A stretch of 64,000 bases of DNA from Octopus sinensis (taxonomy: Eukaryota): contig NC_042997.1 of NCBI RefSeq assembly GCF_006345805.1, positions 54,808,001-54,872,000 of the forward strand, in the 5' to 3' direction. How positions within the stretch are numbered: position 1 is the stretch's first letter; every line of letters begins with the position of its first letter. The position numbers and the translations under genes are program-made. The notes below the pieces were generated by a model that saw only the letters and a list, made by a program, of their open reading frames with translations, ran no database searches and had not been told where the DNA came from. Shown here in pieces: positions 24,071-36,000 of this stretch.

Positions 24071-24103
24071 TGACGCCACTTCCTTTAACTGACGTCACTT
24101 CCT
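24071..24103. promoter_or_regulatory. Two tandem CRE/ETS composite sites in the AHSA1 promoter
   Basis: TGACGCCACTTCCT at 24071-24084 and TGACGTCACTTCCT at 24090-24103, 114-146 nt upstream of the ATG. Confidence 0.6.
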
Positions 24104-24115
24104 CATCCGTTATAA

Positions 24116-24130
24116 CTTCGAGAATTTTCG
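24116..24130. promoter_or_regulatory. Heat shock element, perfect 3 units
   Basis: cTTCg aGAAt tTTCg (nTTCn-nGAAn-nTTCn), 87 nt upstream of the ATG of an Hsp90 co-chaperone gene. Confidence 0.75.
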
Positions 24131-24216
24131 CACTATTTCACTTGTTCTGTTATCCACTTAGTGAGATATTATATGCCTACGCTGTAGTTTTCATTCAGTT
24201 TGCGAAATTTGTGAAA

Positions 24217-24296
24217 ATGGCCAAATGGGACCAAAGGGATCCGCGTTGGATAGTAGAGGTGCGCCCCGATGGTACAAATGTGAATAATTGGCACTG
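24217..24296 (+). CDS. AHSA1: AHSA1/Aha1 coding exon 1
   Basis: MAKWDQRDPRWIVEVRPDGTNVNNWH-W with the NxNNWHW motif. Donor tg|gtatgt. Confidence 0.95.
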
Positions 24297-25944
24297 GTAT
24301 GTATTGATATATTCATTTACAGTGCATAATCCTATCGAACCAGACCGGTTTCGGAAAATGTGTTTCAAACTCACAGCGACCACGCGCACTTAACATCTGT
24401 ATAATTTTATTAGAACGTATGTAATATATAAATTATATTCTATAGTTTTTTTCTATATATCCAAAGTACTAGGACATTGAATGGTACTTCTTTGCTTTTC
24501 TCCCCCTCCCCCCATTTCGTAGGGTTTCTTGTCTTTCGATTTTGGGGTGTCTGAAAAAAAAAATTACGGCAAATTAAAATCAAACGGGGATTTAATCTAA
24601 TGCATTCTTTTAGAAAAGTTACTAAAAAAATCATATCTTAATTTGTTATAAATTCATTAATTGAGACACGATTTCGTTTCTATTTCCAGTCTTATAATTC
24701 TTGAATCTCTTGTCCTTGATGAAGTAAAAAGACGAACCCCCTAAACCTCTATTAAGTATATTGCTATTGTTTAATAATGATTTCTGCAATTGTCTAATTT
24801 TCTTTTTCTTCTTGAACATTCCACATATTAGTCACATCAAGAAAGGTCTTCGCTAGAGTGCACATGATTGGGTAATAGTAATACATTCAAGAACCTTTTT
24901 CTCAGTGCATATTTTATTGTCGATCTTACTAAATTCGGTCATCGTCTCTCGAAAGTGATATAACCGTTCTGTCTTATGTAATGATGGTATTTAAAATGTA
25001 AATCATTATAGAAGTTGATTTAATTATTTACGGTGAAAAAAATTAACTGGAAAAATCTCTTTTTATTGGATTCCTTTAAATTAACTTTCGTATAGGTTAA
25101 AGCATAGTATAATGTTCATTTTGTTTGCTATATGTACTTTTGATTTATTTCAGAGACCCTTTTTGAATATAAAATTGATGTTTTTAAGTATGTCTTATAA
25201 TATAGATGTATATACTCTATGCTAAAACTATGATTTACCTGGTTTCTAGAACTTTTCATTGTGTAATACTTTATAAAACGCTATGATAAGTGGTGCCAAC
25301 GGACACATTAAAAAAAGACAAACTATTCGTAAATGTATACGCTTTACTCTGGCTTCTGTGGGGATTACTAATTATAAGTACTATGTACTTTTCTGCAATG
25401 GCTCGCTGTGTAAATTGAACATTTCCATTTTATTTATATATGTAGAACCATGCCGCTATGCTTGAGGCAATTTTGAATCCCTATTCGAGCCATCAAACTT
25501 GCGTCGCTATGCTCTTGGAAAATAATTAACGTCATAACATCCTGTTTCTTTTGCATTTTGTCTCTTCCAAATACAGTGATACAAGTTTGGGTCATAAGTG
25601 AACTACGGTCATGTTGGGGCACTGTCCTGAGTTATCACTTATTTGTTTGGATTAGAGATTCAGAATCTGATAAATAAATAAATAAATAAATAAATGAATA
25701 AAATCATGCGCATAGGAGATTCACAGCTGCAGCATTTTTTTCGTATATATATTTCGTTTGCATTTGAAGTTTATAAATATATTTTGCTTGCATTTACATA
25801 TTCCCCTTAATTTAAATTGAAACAACAAAAGCGATAAGAATCTCGGTCTATAGCTTTAGAAATGTATGTATTAATTACAGGGACAAAAAATATGAAAATC
25901 CTGTAATAGTTGTTGGGAGACATTTTCGTGAAAGGCAAATCGCC

Positions 25945-26400
25945 ATATAAGCTATCAGACAGGTACGAATCTTAATATCCCGTCGTACTTCTTGAGTATC
26001 TGCAAAATTCCTGGTTTCCTTCTATGTGATTATTACATGCATGGATGACAGGATCTATGGTTTTGATTCTGTGGTTGGTAGTCAAATGTTGAAGATAACT
26101 TAACAATGGTATTGTTATATGATCCCAACAGATCGGCCTCTGGCAGAATATATAGCAGTACAAGTAAAAGGGCAGCTATATTTTTAGAATCAACCTCAAT
26201 TAGAAAGCACCACCTTGCTCCCGGTTCCACACTACTGAACATCCACTGTGCATCTGTCACATGCTCAACATCACAATTTCATTCAATTAATACAAATTTA
26301 TTAGTTTCAGCAACCTATCAAAGTCTTCCCAGTTGCTTCGGATTCTGCTAAAAGTGTTCTCTGTAAACATCCTGATAGTATTTCTGATTGCAAATTGTTT
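25945..26400 (-). mobile_element. Merlin (IS1016/ISXO2-like) DDE transposase remnant
   Basis: Ordered fragments VAETNKF, AQWMFSSVEPGARWCFLIEVDSKNIAALL..YILP, NHRIKTIDPVIHACNNHIEG and DSYLSD parallel the Merlin pattern VEIDESKF / QWVFGGIER..CF...R.A.TL..YILPG / NHS..FVDP.TGAHTN.IE / SYL.E. Confidence 0.7.
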
Positions 26401-26570
26401 CACTGATAAATGTGACACCTCTTCCCCCCCATCATAAGCTTATCAATAGATTATCACTTTTATCAGTTTTAGGCATTTTTCACACCGGTCCCCATCAGTT
26501 TTTAAAATTTTTGGCTGATTCTGAGTCTCTTGTTCAAAACATAAAAGTTTGAAGGACTTTTTTAAAAATA

Positions 26571-26930
26571 GGCACAGGAGTGGCTGTGTGGTAAGTAGCT
26601 TGCTTACCAACCACATGGTGGCACCTTGGGCAAGTGTCTTCTAGTATAGCCTCAGGCTGACCAAAGCCTTGTGAGTGGATTTGGTAAACAGAAACTGAAA
26701 GAAGCCCGTCGTATATATATATATATATATATGTGTGTGTTTGTCTCCCTAGCATTGCTTGACAACCGATGCTGGTGTGTTTATGTCCCCGTCACTTAGC
26801 GGTTCGGCAAAAGAGACCGATAGAATAAGTACTGGACCTACAAAGAATAAGTCCCGGGGTTGAGTTGCTCGACTAAAGGCGCTGCTCCAGCATGGCTGCA
26901 GTCAAATGACTGAAACAAGTAAAAGAGTAG
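26571..26930 (+). mobile_element. Full-length tRNA-derived SINE (octopus OR-like family)
   Basis: Head ggcacaggagtggctgtgtggtaag, ccaaagccttgtgagtggatttgg, internal (TA)n, and tail gtcaaatgactgaaacaagtaaaagag. Confidence 0.85.
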
Positions 26931-27187
26931 AGAGTAAACAAATCAGAAAAGGGATTAAAATATCCAAGCTTAAATGATCAAGTGACTAAGGTTATTTTAA
27001 TAGATTATATTGATCCCAATATTTATATCAATCTTCAAGAATGGCAGTGTTGCTTGTTTTTTTTTTGTTTGCGTAAATGCATTAGATCACTTAACTGTGG
27101 AGAACAGGGTCCCTATACTCTTGGGACCCTATTCTCTGTGATGGTCTGGCATCCAATCTAGCCGCAGATTATTTTTCATGTTGGTAA

Positions 27188-27590
27188 GATGCAGATATAG
27201 CTTTGTGGTTAAGAAGTTTACTTCACAACCATGTAGCTTCAGGTTTAGTTCCACTGCACAGCAATTTGCAAGTGTCTTCTACTATAACCCCAGGTTAATC
27301 AAAGCCTTGTGAGTAGATTTTGGAGGGGCAAACTGCAAGAAGCCTTTTGGATATGTGTTTGTGTCTCCTTGTTTTGATGTCAGGCATTAATTGTAAAATG
27401 TTGTCATTGATTTGCAATCTTTCATGAAAACATGTTTGGCCATTGGGCTCTTTGTTGTTTGAAAGGCTAGGGGGAATATTATCTTGCTTGGAAATGGGTT
27501 AGGGTGGTATCAGAAAGTATATTTGACTATAAAAAAATCTGCCTCAACAAATTTCATCTGATCCATGCAAGCATGAAAAGTGGACGTCAA
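27188..27590 (+). mobile_element. SINE with the same head family and an RTE-derived tail
   Basis: Head as at 26571. Ends in tccatgcaagcatgaaaagtggacgt, the RTE 3' end seen elsewhere in the window. Confidence 0.65.
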
Positions 27591-27783
27591 CCCTTAAGCA
27601 TTGAATCCAACCAAAATATTCTACATGTTTTATATTAAATTATATATTTTACATAATTATATAATTTCATTCTAAAAATAATCACTTCATCAAAATCTCA
27701 AAGCTATCACATAATGCATGATTAATTAAAAACAATATGAATAAATCAGCATTACTTTTGACAATGATCTGAGTGCTAAAGGA
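27591..27783. mobile_element. piggyBac-type MITE
   Basis: tcaa|cccttaagcatt ... agtgctaaagga|ttaa. Confidence 0.55.
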
Positions 27784-27963
27784 TTAAAATGGTGAGGATG
27801 AGGAATGCTATGAAATTGGGGCTGAGCATTAACCAATAAACCTTTTTGTGACTTAAGATGCACTTACTGCCATGATCATATCTAAAGAGGTCTTTATTTT
27901 GAAATCAGTCATCTACTTCATATGCAATGTCAGATTGCCAATTTGTTATGTTTGCTACATATA

Positions 27964-28100
27964 TCATCATCATCATCATCGTTTAGCGTTCGCTTTCCAT
28001 GCTGGCATGGGTTGGACGGTTCAACTGGGTCTGGGAAGCCAGAAGGCTGCACCAGGCCCAGTCTGATCTGGCAATGTTTCTATGGCTGGATGCCCTTCCT
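27964..28100 (-). mobile_element. RTE LINE 3' end with (GAT)n tail
   Basis: catcatcatcgtttagcgt..tttccatgctggcatgggttggacgg. Other copies occur at 40391, 54916, 57436 and 59543. Confidence 0.8.
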
Positions 28101-29249
28101 ATATATATATATATACGAACACTATCTTATTGGTTCCAGATAGTGAATTGGGGTGCTGTCTCTGAGTTTTGAATCAGTATAAAAATTAAGAAATTCTCTA
28201 AGACGCTTTCTAAATGATGCATTTATACCAATCGTCTGAAGTACACATAATGTGTCATATTTTAGAACTTGTGGAATGAGTCATTTAAACATTGAGAGCC
28301 AATGAAATTCTTGGGTGAACTGGCTCAGAGAGATAATTATTTTGGGTCTAAACACAATATCATGTGGATGGATCTCACTTAAGTTTAAATTATAAAAATG
28401 TTTGATCAATGTATCTACCTATATATGTATCATAATATATGAGGCTATGTATTCCACAGACACTTGTATTGTTGATGTTGACTCAGTATGACACTATGAC
28501 AAGGACAGTTTTTGATTTACAGGTGCAGCCCATCCAGTGGGATTTGTCTTCACCCTGAGTCTACCGTAGAACACACTTACCAAGTATGTTACACTGTGGC
28601 AACATACTTGGCATCTCATTATTGCAAAGTGAATATCTTAAACCATTCAACAATATTTGAAGGAAAGATATATATTGCTGACTCTGAATGCATACATGTA
28701 AAAGTGTTATTTCTTTCCCAAGCAACAAACTTACAAAATTTTGCATTTATAATCAACTTTTACAATAGTCCAAAGAATTTCTTTGAGAACTACCCATTAT
28801 ATATGCATGCATATGTGTGTGAGAGGAGTAGTGGTAGGAAGTGTTCCTGATTGGAAAGACAGCATGCTAGAGAAATTCAAGTTGGGAAAAATGTGTTCAG
28901 AATGATCATGATGTACCTGCCCTTACTGATGTTAAAAAGAGGCTTGGAAGTGCTTTGAGAGAGACTGTTTAATGAAGTGACTGCATAGAAGAGAGATTTC
29001 TTGAGTAGACCCAACATGGAATCAGCCATCCAAGTTCACATCGTTATGATTAACGAAGTAAGAGCCATGAATACAGTGATAAGTCTAGATTACAAGACTA
29101 GGTCCACTTGAACTTGGCCTTCATCTCCTGTTTATGATAAATCTGCAGGTCATAACAGAGTTGTTAAAACCAACATCCATGAAAACTCCTGAGTGCCAAT
29201 TATCTAGTTCTTATGATTGAATCAGTCAAAGATTTGGATGAATTCCTGA

Positions 29250-30300
29250 TTTGGAAGCAAGAATCAAGTGGCCTCAAAGTAAACTGAGTGAAGATTAAAA
29301 CATTTGTAAGTAGTAAAGAAAGAGTGCCCTGCTACCATCAGGAGTTGTTTGTACTCAGAGTGCCATAATGGAATAAGGAGAAAATTCCTTATGTTGCACC
29401 TGGTTATGCACAAGAGTTGTTGCAGGACCAACAACAGGCAAGCTGTCAGAGAAACACACTTTACATACAACAGATGCTCAGAAGCAGTAAGTACCAAGAA
29501 ATAGAAGCTCTCAAATACCCAGAAGTTCTAGAAGTAGTTGATAACTTCTGTTATCTGGGTGATCTAATTAGTAGTAGAGGTAAGTATCCTAACGGGTGGT
29601 AACCAGAACAAGATTAGACTGGAAGACGTTTGGAGAGCTGTTACTTCTGCCAGTGATGAAGGGCAGATTGTATGACACATGTATATGCTGCTTGGTAGTG
29701 AGATATAGGCCTTGAATGTTGAGGATTTACAAAGATTATATAGAAATGAATCAAACTAATTTACTGGATGTATGATGTTAATGTGCATGAAGAATAGAGT
29801 ACAAATCGTTGCTATTATGCAAAAATGTCATAAGTCCAAAATGTTGTTTTTTTAGAAAAAGAAAAAAATAGTTTCGCCTTTTTATAGCAAAACCGTTGTA
29901 CTACACTTGGACAATCTTTGATATCTTGGCATCTGAAGCAGCTGGAGATACAATAGTTTGCTCAAAAGAACTGGCTATTGCAAGCAAAAATAGATATTGA
30001 AAAAAACAAATTTGGACATATGACAATTTGACATAACAGCAACAAAATGAATTAGGGAAGAAATAGCTGCATGAGGAATTTGAGGTGGTGTCCAAGTGAG
30101 AAAACTGCTCTGGTATAGGTATGTTTATAAAGAATGACAGCTGTATAAAGTAGTGCAAGTGAATAGAACCTGTGAAAGACTGATGAAGGAAGATGCAGGA
30201 TGAAGTGAAGATTGACTTTAAGATGCTGAGACTCAAGAAGATGACAGAAGGATTGAATGATTAGTGAAATGCAGTGCTGGATAAAATCTGTCCCTAGTGC
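29250..30300 (+). mobile_element. Decayed RTE ORF2 fragments
   Basis: LEVVDNFCYLGDLISS and flanking pieces are collinear with the copies at 46 kb and 59 kb. Confidence 0.65.
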
Positions 30301-30999
30301 AAGCATGGCAAAATAAACTTTAAAATGGTGCTGTATATTCCTCCATAGTTTCTTCCCTGTTAGCCTCCATCTGTTTCCTTCTCTACCTCTGTGATGCTTT
30401 CCTTTGTCTCAGTCATTCCAATTTCTCATGCTCTCCATCTCTATCATCTCTGTCACACATCTCCCCATAACTTATACTCTCTCCATTCATCCATCCCCCA
30501 CCTCCAGTTCACTGTATCAAACAGCTCATAAATCTAGGAATGGCATTGGATCTGCCTAACTCTCTCATCTTTCTGACACACACACACACACTCCTCTCCT
30601 TCATGCTACATCATGCTACCTGTGTAGTGAAGTGTGTGATAGTGAATCTGTGCATATTGTCACACCTTATTCATGAATGGTGGCTGTGTATTTTTATGTA
30701 TACACACAACAGGCTTACTACAGCTTCTGTCTTCCAATTCCTCTTACAAGCATTAAACACACTATATTAAAAGTCACTGCTCACACTGTCACACAGGAGG
30801 AATTTCTAGGTTACAAAGTGAGAAAACAATGAAAACAAAAATGTGTGCGCATGCACGCACACACCTTGATTACATTGCTTCCCACCTGTATTTTGGCCTT
30901 ATACTCTATCTTTGGACTGTACATATTTTGCTTTTACAAACTTCATTTTATAGTTCAGCACAGCTGCTGATCTATTGGTGTCCAACTCTGAGCATGATC

Positions 31000-31500
31000 T
31001 GTGGTTAGTAGTTTGCTGTTGATATTCACACTACCTGTCCAGCCAGTGTCTCTGATGACCATTTCTAGGCATGTGGTGAAGAGTTCTGAAGAGATGATAT
31101 CCCCATGTTTGATGCCCTTCCTGACAGGAACTTTTATTGGTGGTGATAGCAGAGCTATGTCTGTGGAGCACTCATTTTGTATTTCTAGGCCTTTTCATAG
31201 TTGATGAATGCTATGCATAGAAGCAACCTCTATTCATTGGCTCATTGTGTAAGCTGTGTTAAGGTGAATATGTGATCCATTGTACTATAGTTCTTTTGAA
31301 ATCACCTGTTCCCTTGGCTACTGGTCATTGAGGTGTTTTGATAGTCTAGTGACTATGACCTTTGTAAATAGCTTAAAGAAGTTTAGACAAGAGGCATATG
31401 GGGACAATAGTTCCTTAAATCTTCATTGTAACCTTTCTTGTGAAATAAGATGGTATTTAACTCTTTCCACTTTGAGAGTAATTTGCTCTCCTTCAGATAG
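31000..31500 (-). mobile_element. Decayed RTE (BovB-like) RT fragment
   Basis: Minus strand reads IKVPVRKGIKHGDIISSE, similar to KGVRQGDxISP. Confidence 0.45.
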
Positions 31501-32963
31501 TAAGTGAAGCATAGAACAGGGATTTTCCACAGCTCTTCATCTCTGCACCTTAACACTCAGTTGCCAAGTGGTATCCAAGAGATAAGAAAAAGCTACTTGG
31601 AAGGCCTTCACAATGATGGGAAGATGATTTAGTTAAATGATTTGGAAGATGAAAAAGAATGGTGTGATCACGAAAGAACTGGAAGTGCATTGTGACCAGC
31701 CATGTATTACAACATCTGACATCTGGTCAATAAAGTGATATATATGGTTTCAATGCAATGTTATCGAAATCAATATGCTATAGTTTAAAACTCTGGCAAA
31801 AATTTAACTTAAGTGTAAACAGTTAAACTGTTTTAATCTCTCCCGAGGTTGGTGGTAAGAAAAGCAATTGGCTGCAGAAAATCTGTTTTAGCAAATTCCA
31901 TCTGGCTCATGCAACCATGGAAAGTGAATGTTAAAATGATGCTAATGAAATTTAAGAGACCAAGTCAATCTCCCTCATTCCAGAATTTCTGGAAAATTGT
32001 ATAACTTCATGAAATGCATAGCTTTAGTGTATAAATTATAATATGAATACCATTTTGAAGGTTAGTGAGTTGTATCTGAAAAAAATAGTAGCCACTAAAT
32101 GTTTTTCTGTTGTTAGTTGTCTATTTCCAATTATCTTAAGTATTACTTTTGAGTAAGCAATTTATAATAACTTACTCAAAAGTACATTTTGAAGTAATTC
32201 AGAATTTTATGGAGTCCAAAGTCTGGATTCAATGTCATGAAATCAAAGTTAAAAGCAACTACTGGATTATTAGAGTTGGAGTTGATAACAATATACCAAC
32301 TCTATAAAGGAGTAACTGATTGAAGCACTTCTGTTTCTAAGGACAATATATAATTTTTATCTCACTTGATTTAATCCCTCATATTACATACTACATTCTC
32401 TTAAATTTTATTTTCAAACAATGCTTCATCCTCAAAAAAGGAAGTTACGTGTCTTAGTTTATTTCTACTAAAATGGTGTATTCAGTTGCTTTACAAATTT
32501 ATTTGTTGAATTTTAACTATGGTGTACTTTAGATTGTTGATGTGGTAAACAATGATGTTCCTGATTTTCTTTTATAGTATTTTTCTAGTTTTAATACTTT
32601 CATATCCTTTTGTTCTATAGCCACCTTTTTTTGATTTTATAGGTTTTGTCTTATGCTTATTTGCTTGAAGCTTCTTTAATAAATAATATAAAAAAGCTAT
32701 AATGGTATAGTTATAGTCTTTTAAACCCAAATTTTAACAGTTGGTAATAAGTAACCTGATGAGTTACATTGGACATATATGTTGTGTGCATTCAGCCAAT
32801 ATAAGAAATATCTGATTTGTCTAACTACAAATAAAGGACTCAATCAGAGAGCGATTAAAACATTCATATCATCATTGCTAATTTGAGAGTTTATAACCTC
32901 AGTCTGTTGTAAATCTATTATTATCAAATATATTGATACTAAATTGCTTTCCTAACTTTTCAG

Positions 32964-33043
32964 GGTAGAAAAAAATGCTACATCTTGGTCCAAAAATAAA
33001 ATTACTGAACTTCTTGCTGGCCTTGTTGTACAAAATGAAGACT
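32964..33043 (+). CDS. AHSA1: AHSA1 coding exon 2
   Basis: ttttcag| ... |gtaagt. Translates (W)VEKNATSWSKNKITELLAGLVVQNED. Confidence 0.95.
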
Positions 33044-36000
33044 GTAAGTAATGCTATTCTTGTGATGTTTAAATTTATTTTCCTAGCTTCATTTTTTTTC
33101 TAATGCCAGCATGAGTCTACTGTATTGTTTATTGTTGTCAGCACATTTTCATCTCATACTCTTTGTCCATTTTAATTCACTTGTCTCTGGTGACAAAAGC
33201 TTTTCTGTTTGAAGTCTTTTCAGACTCCCTTTGGCTGTTGAGATTAATGCAAAGAGTGTTTAACTTAAATTTCTTCAGGTTGGTCATTATAAGGGAAAGA
33301 TATGGAGTTGTGAGTTGTAGTTCTGATGATAAATTTTAAGTGAAATGTCTAGTTTGGGATTTTGAAGATGAGACACAGTAGGGTAAATAACAAGAGCTAT
33401 TAGACTAGATGAACTAGGCTGGGGATGGAAATATAGAATCCTAAAAGAAATCTATTATATAAAGTTATGAAGCAATATATATATATCCCAATTGTTTATC
33501 TTTTTAATTACAAGTTTTATTGATTGGCTAGGAACCCCTACAACTAGGCCATGGTCAAATGAATCCTCACAATAAATTATCTCTTACTCTTTAATATCAT
33601 AATTAACAATCAGGCTCAGTGTCTTAAAAATCAGGATCTGATGCCATAATGAGAAAATATGCACACAATATATTAAAGATCTCATCTAAGTATAAACAAA
33701 TATAAAAGTAGAAATTCCAAAGCAAAAACATCCTGTACATACTTTAATTCCAAAACAAAAACATCCTATTCATATATTAAATCAAAATTAGGGGTGGATG
33801 ACATTCCTATCAGTGGCTAAGAAATACCTAATAAATTCTATGTGGTCCAGCTTTCATTTAGTGGAAAATTTCTTCATAATTGAATGTCTAATATCTAATG
33901 TTTTTAAGTATTAGATATTAAGTTTCTGACTTTAGTTTACCAATCCAATCTAGGTTTAGTTTTATTGTATACAGAGAAACCTTAACATTAAAAATTACTA
34001 GGTACTGTCCATAGTTATTACTATGTATCTATATCAAATCAAAAAGTGGTAGGTGACTCATATCTTTGTTTGTTCCATGGTTGTAGAAAGGGCATTCCAT
34101 TTAATGCTTGCATTGCACTTTGATGTCTGTGGTTAGACCAAATGCAGTGTAGATTAAAAAATCCGCTTGCTTTATTATTTATTTATGAACTTTGGTGCTT
34201 TCTACACATTTCATATATCTCTTATACAACTAAAATTCAATTTTTCAAATTTATTTTCCAACGTTTTTAATCCAAAAAATTGTTTTATCACAGTAAGCCA
34301 AAACGTATTATAAACATAGGTCTGAGAGTTCACTCTTAATATTGATCTACAAACTTAAATGGAATCACAAATAAGGAAATTCCATCAACTCTACTTAGGT
34401 AACATCATATACTCAACATCTTTATACTACAATTTTTAAAAGATGAACAATTTGAACCCCCCCCCTTCCTTGGTTTTTAAAAGCTTGCAAAAGATTCTTT
34501 TCTTGCACAACGTTTTATAGAGATGGACCATATGCAATGACTTATCTTCTGCTTCTGGGTTATAATAGTATTTTGTTGGTGTCTTGGCCATGTCTGCACC
34601 TCTGGGGTGTGAAAGACAATAGATAGAGAAACTTTTCAGTGCCATATATTTTAAACTGCGTATTTATGAATGTCTCAAGGAAGAGACTTAGAAATCCTAG
34701 TAAATTCCATGACGTCCAGCTTTCAATTAGTGAAACCTCCAGAGATGGTTGTTTCCAACTCTTTTCATTAGACACACTCTTAGTTCCCTCTTTCTTTCTA
34801 TGAAATCTTGAGCTACTACCAAAATGCATTCATTTTATATAGATTCACACTCAACTACATATAACATGTCTTATAGAATTGCCACACATTTAAAACAATT
34901 TATGTTCTGTAATGTTTCAGACAGTAACTTTAGACATTACATATAAATTCTACTTTTCTTTAAAAGAAAACATTTGTAAGAAAATCTGAATCATTATCCT
35001 TCAATGTAAAAAAAAGAAAATTTATATATTCTTCATATGCATTGAGAGCTGATGTCTCCAAATCACAACTGTACTGTGAATCATACTGTGAATCATACAG
35101 ATGTCATCTGTATGAAAAACAAAGTTTGTGAGAATCAAGAATCTAGTTGAAGTCCTAAGATGCAAGTTATTTTAATCGTTCCAATAAAAGATGGGAGACA
35201 ACTCCGAATTTGTTTGCTCTTGCACCTCAGAACAAGAAGCATAGATTTACCATAGCGCGGAAAACGGACGTTAAACGATGATGATGTATGTACAATATTG
35301 TACATCTGTTTAGTGATTCTCTCGTCACTATTTCAGCCAGTGCTTTGCTGAGGGGGTCTAGTAGGACCAAAACATGTCTGGAGGTGTCTTCCATGTTTGC
35401 TGAAATGATTAAAATAATATTAATCTTTGCACTAAAGTTGTACTTTCCACAAAACATAAGTATTTCCGTTATATTTTATATTTTGTTTCGGACAATGTTT
35501 GTATGTTCATTGATGGCTCAAGCCTGGATGAAATGGTTATTAGTAACATTTGTTTGGCTGCTGAAAAAAACTTGTCATAAAGCTAAAAAATTTCAAGTTT
35601 GGTATTAGCATTATTGTCAGTATTAATACCATGAGTCTTGTTGCCAAATAAATGGCAATAAGAAATAACTGTTTTATCCAGAAAAGACCAAAAAGATATT
35701 ATTGAAGATTCAATAAATCTAGAATTGTTACTTTCCAAACAAAATAGAAAAGATAAATACATAGCATGTTAGGTTATTTTTTAAAATAACTCATTGTGTT
35801 GTTGTGTAGCCATACCTATAGCTAAGGCCTGCAATTTTTCTTGCAAGAAAAGTCCTTTTTTTCTAGAAAACCAGTTATTTAATGAGTCAAAAGAGCTATG
35901 TAGACATCTAGCTTGCTAGAAACAACAGCCAAAAGGATCTCAAATTAGACACTACTACTTTAAATAAGGAAAGAACACCTTACATAATATTGATCTGGTG

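Noticed and set aside
24016-24216. In-frame upstream extension of the AHSA1 ORF in the ORF track
   Set aside because: It begins at a non-ATG codon and runs through the promoter motifs. Homology starts at MAKW (24217).
32752-32825. CTGATGA ... GAAA ... GTC as a hammerhead, or TGATGA ... CTGA as a C/D snoRNA
   Set aside because: Stem I cannot form and stem III is poor. The C box lacks the 5' purine, there is no terminal stem, and it is 148 nt from the splice site.
34436-34829. Minus-strand ORFs with faint Crypton/DUF3504-like wording (NPEAEDKSLHMVHLYKTLCKKR)
   Set aside because: No catalytic motif is identifiable, so the similarity is too weak to call without a profile search.
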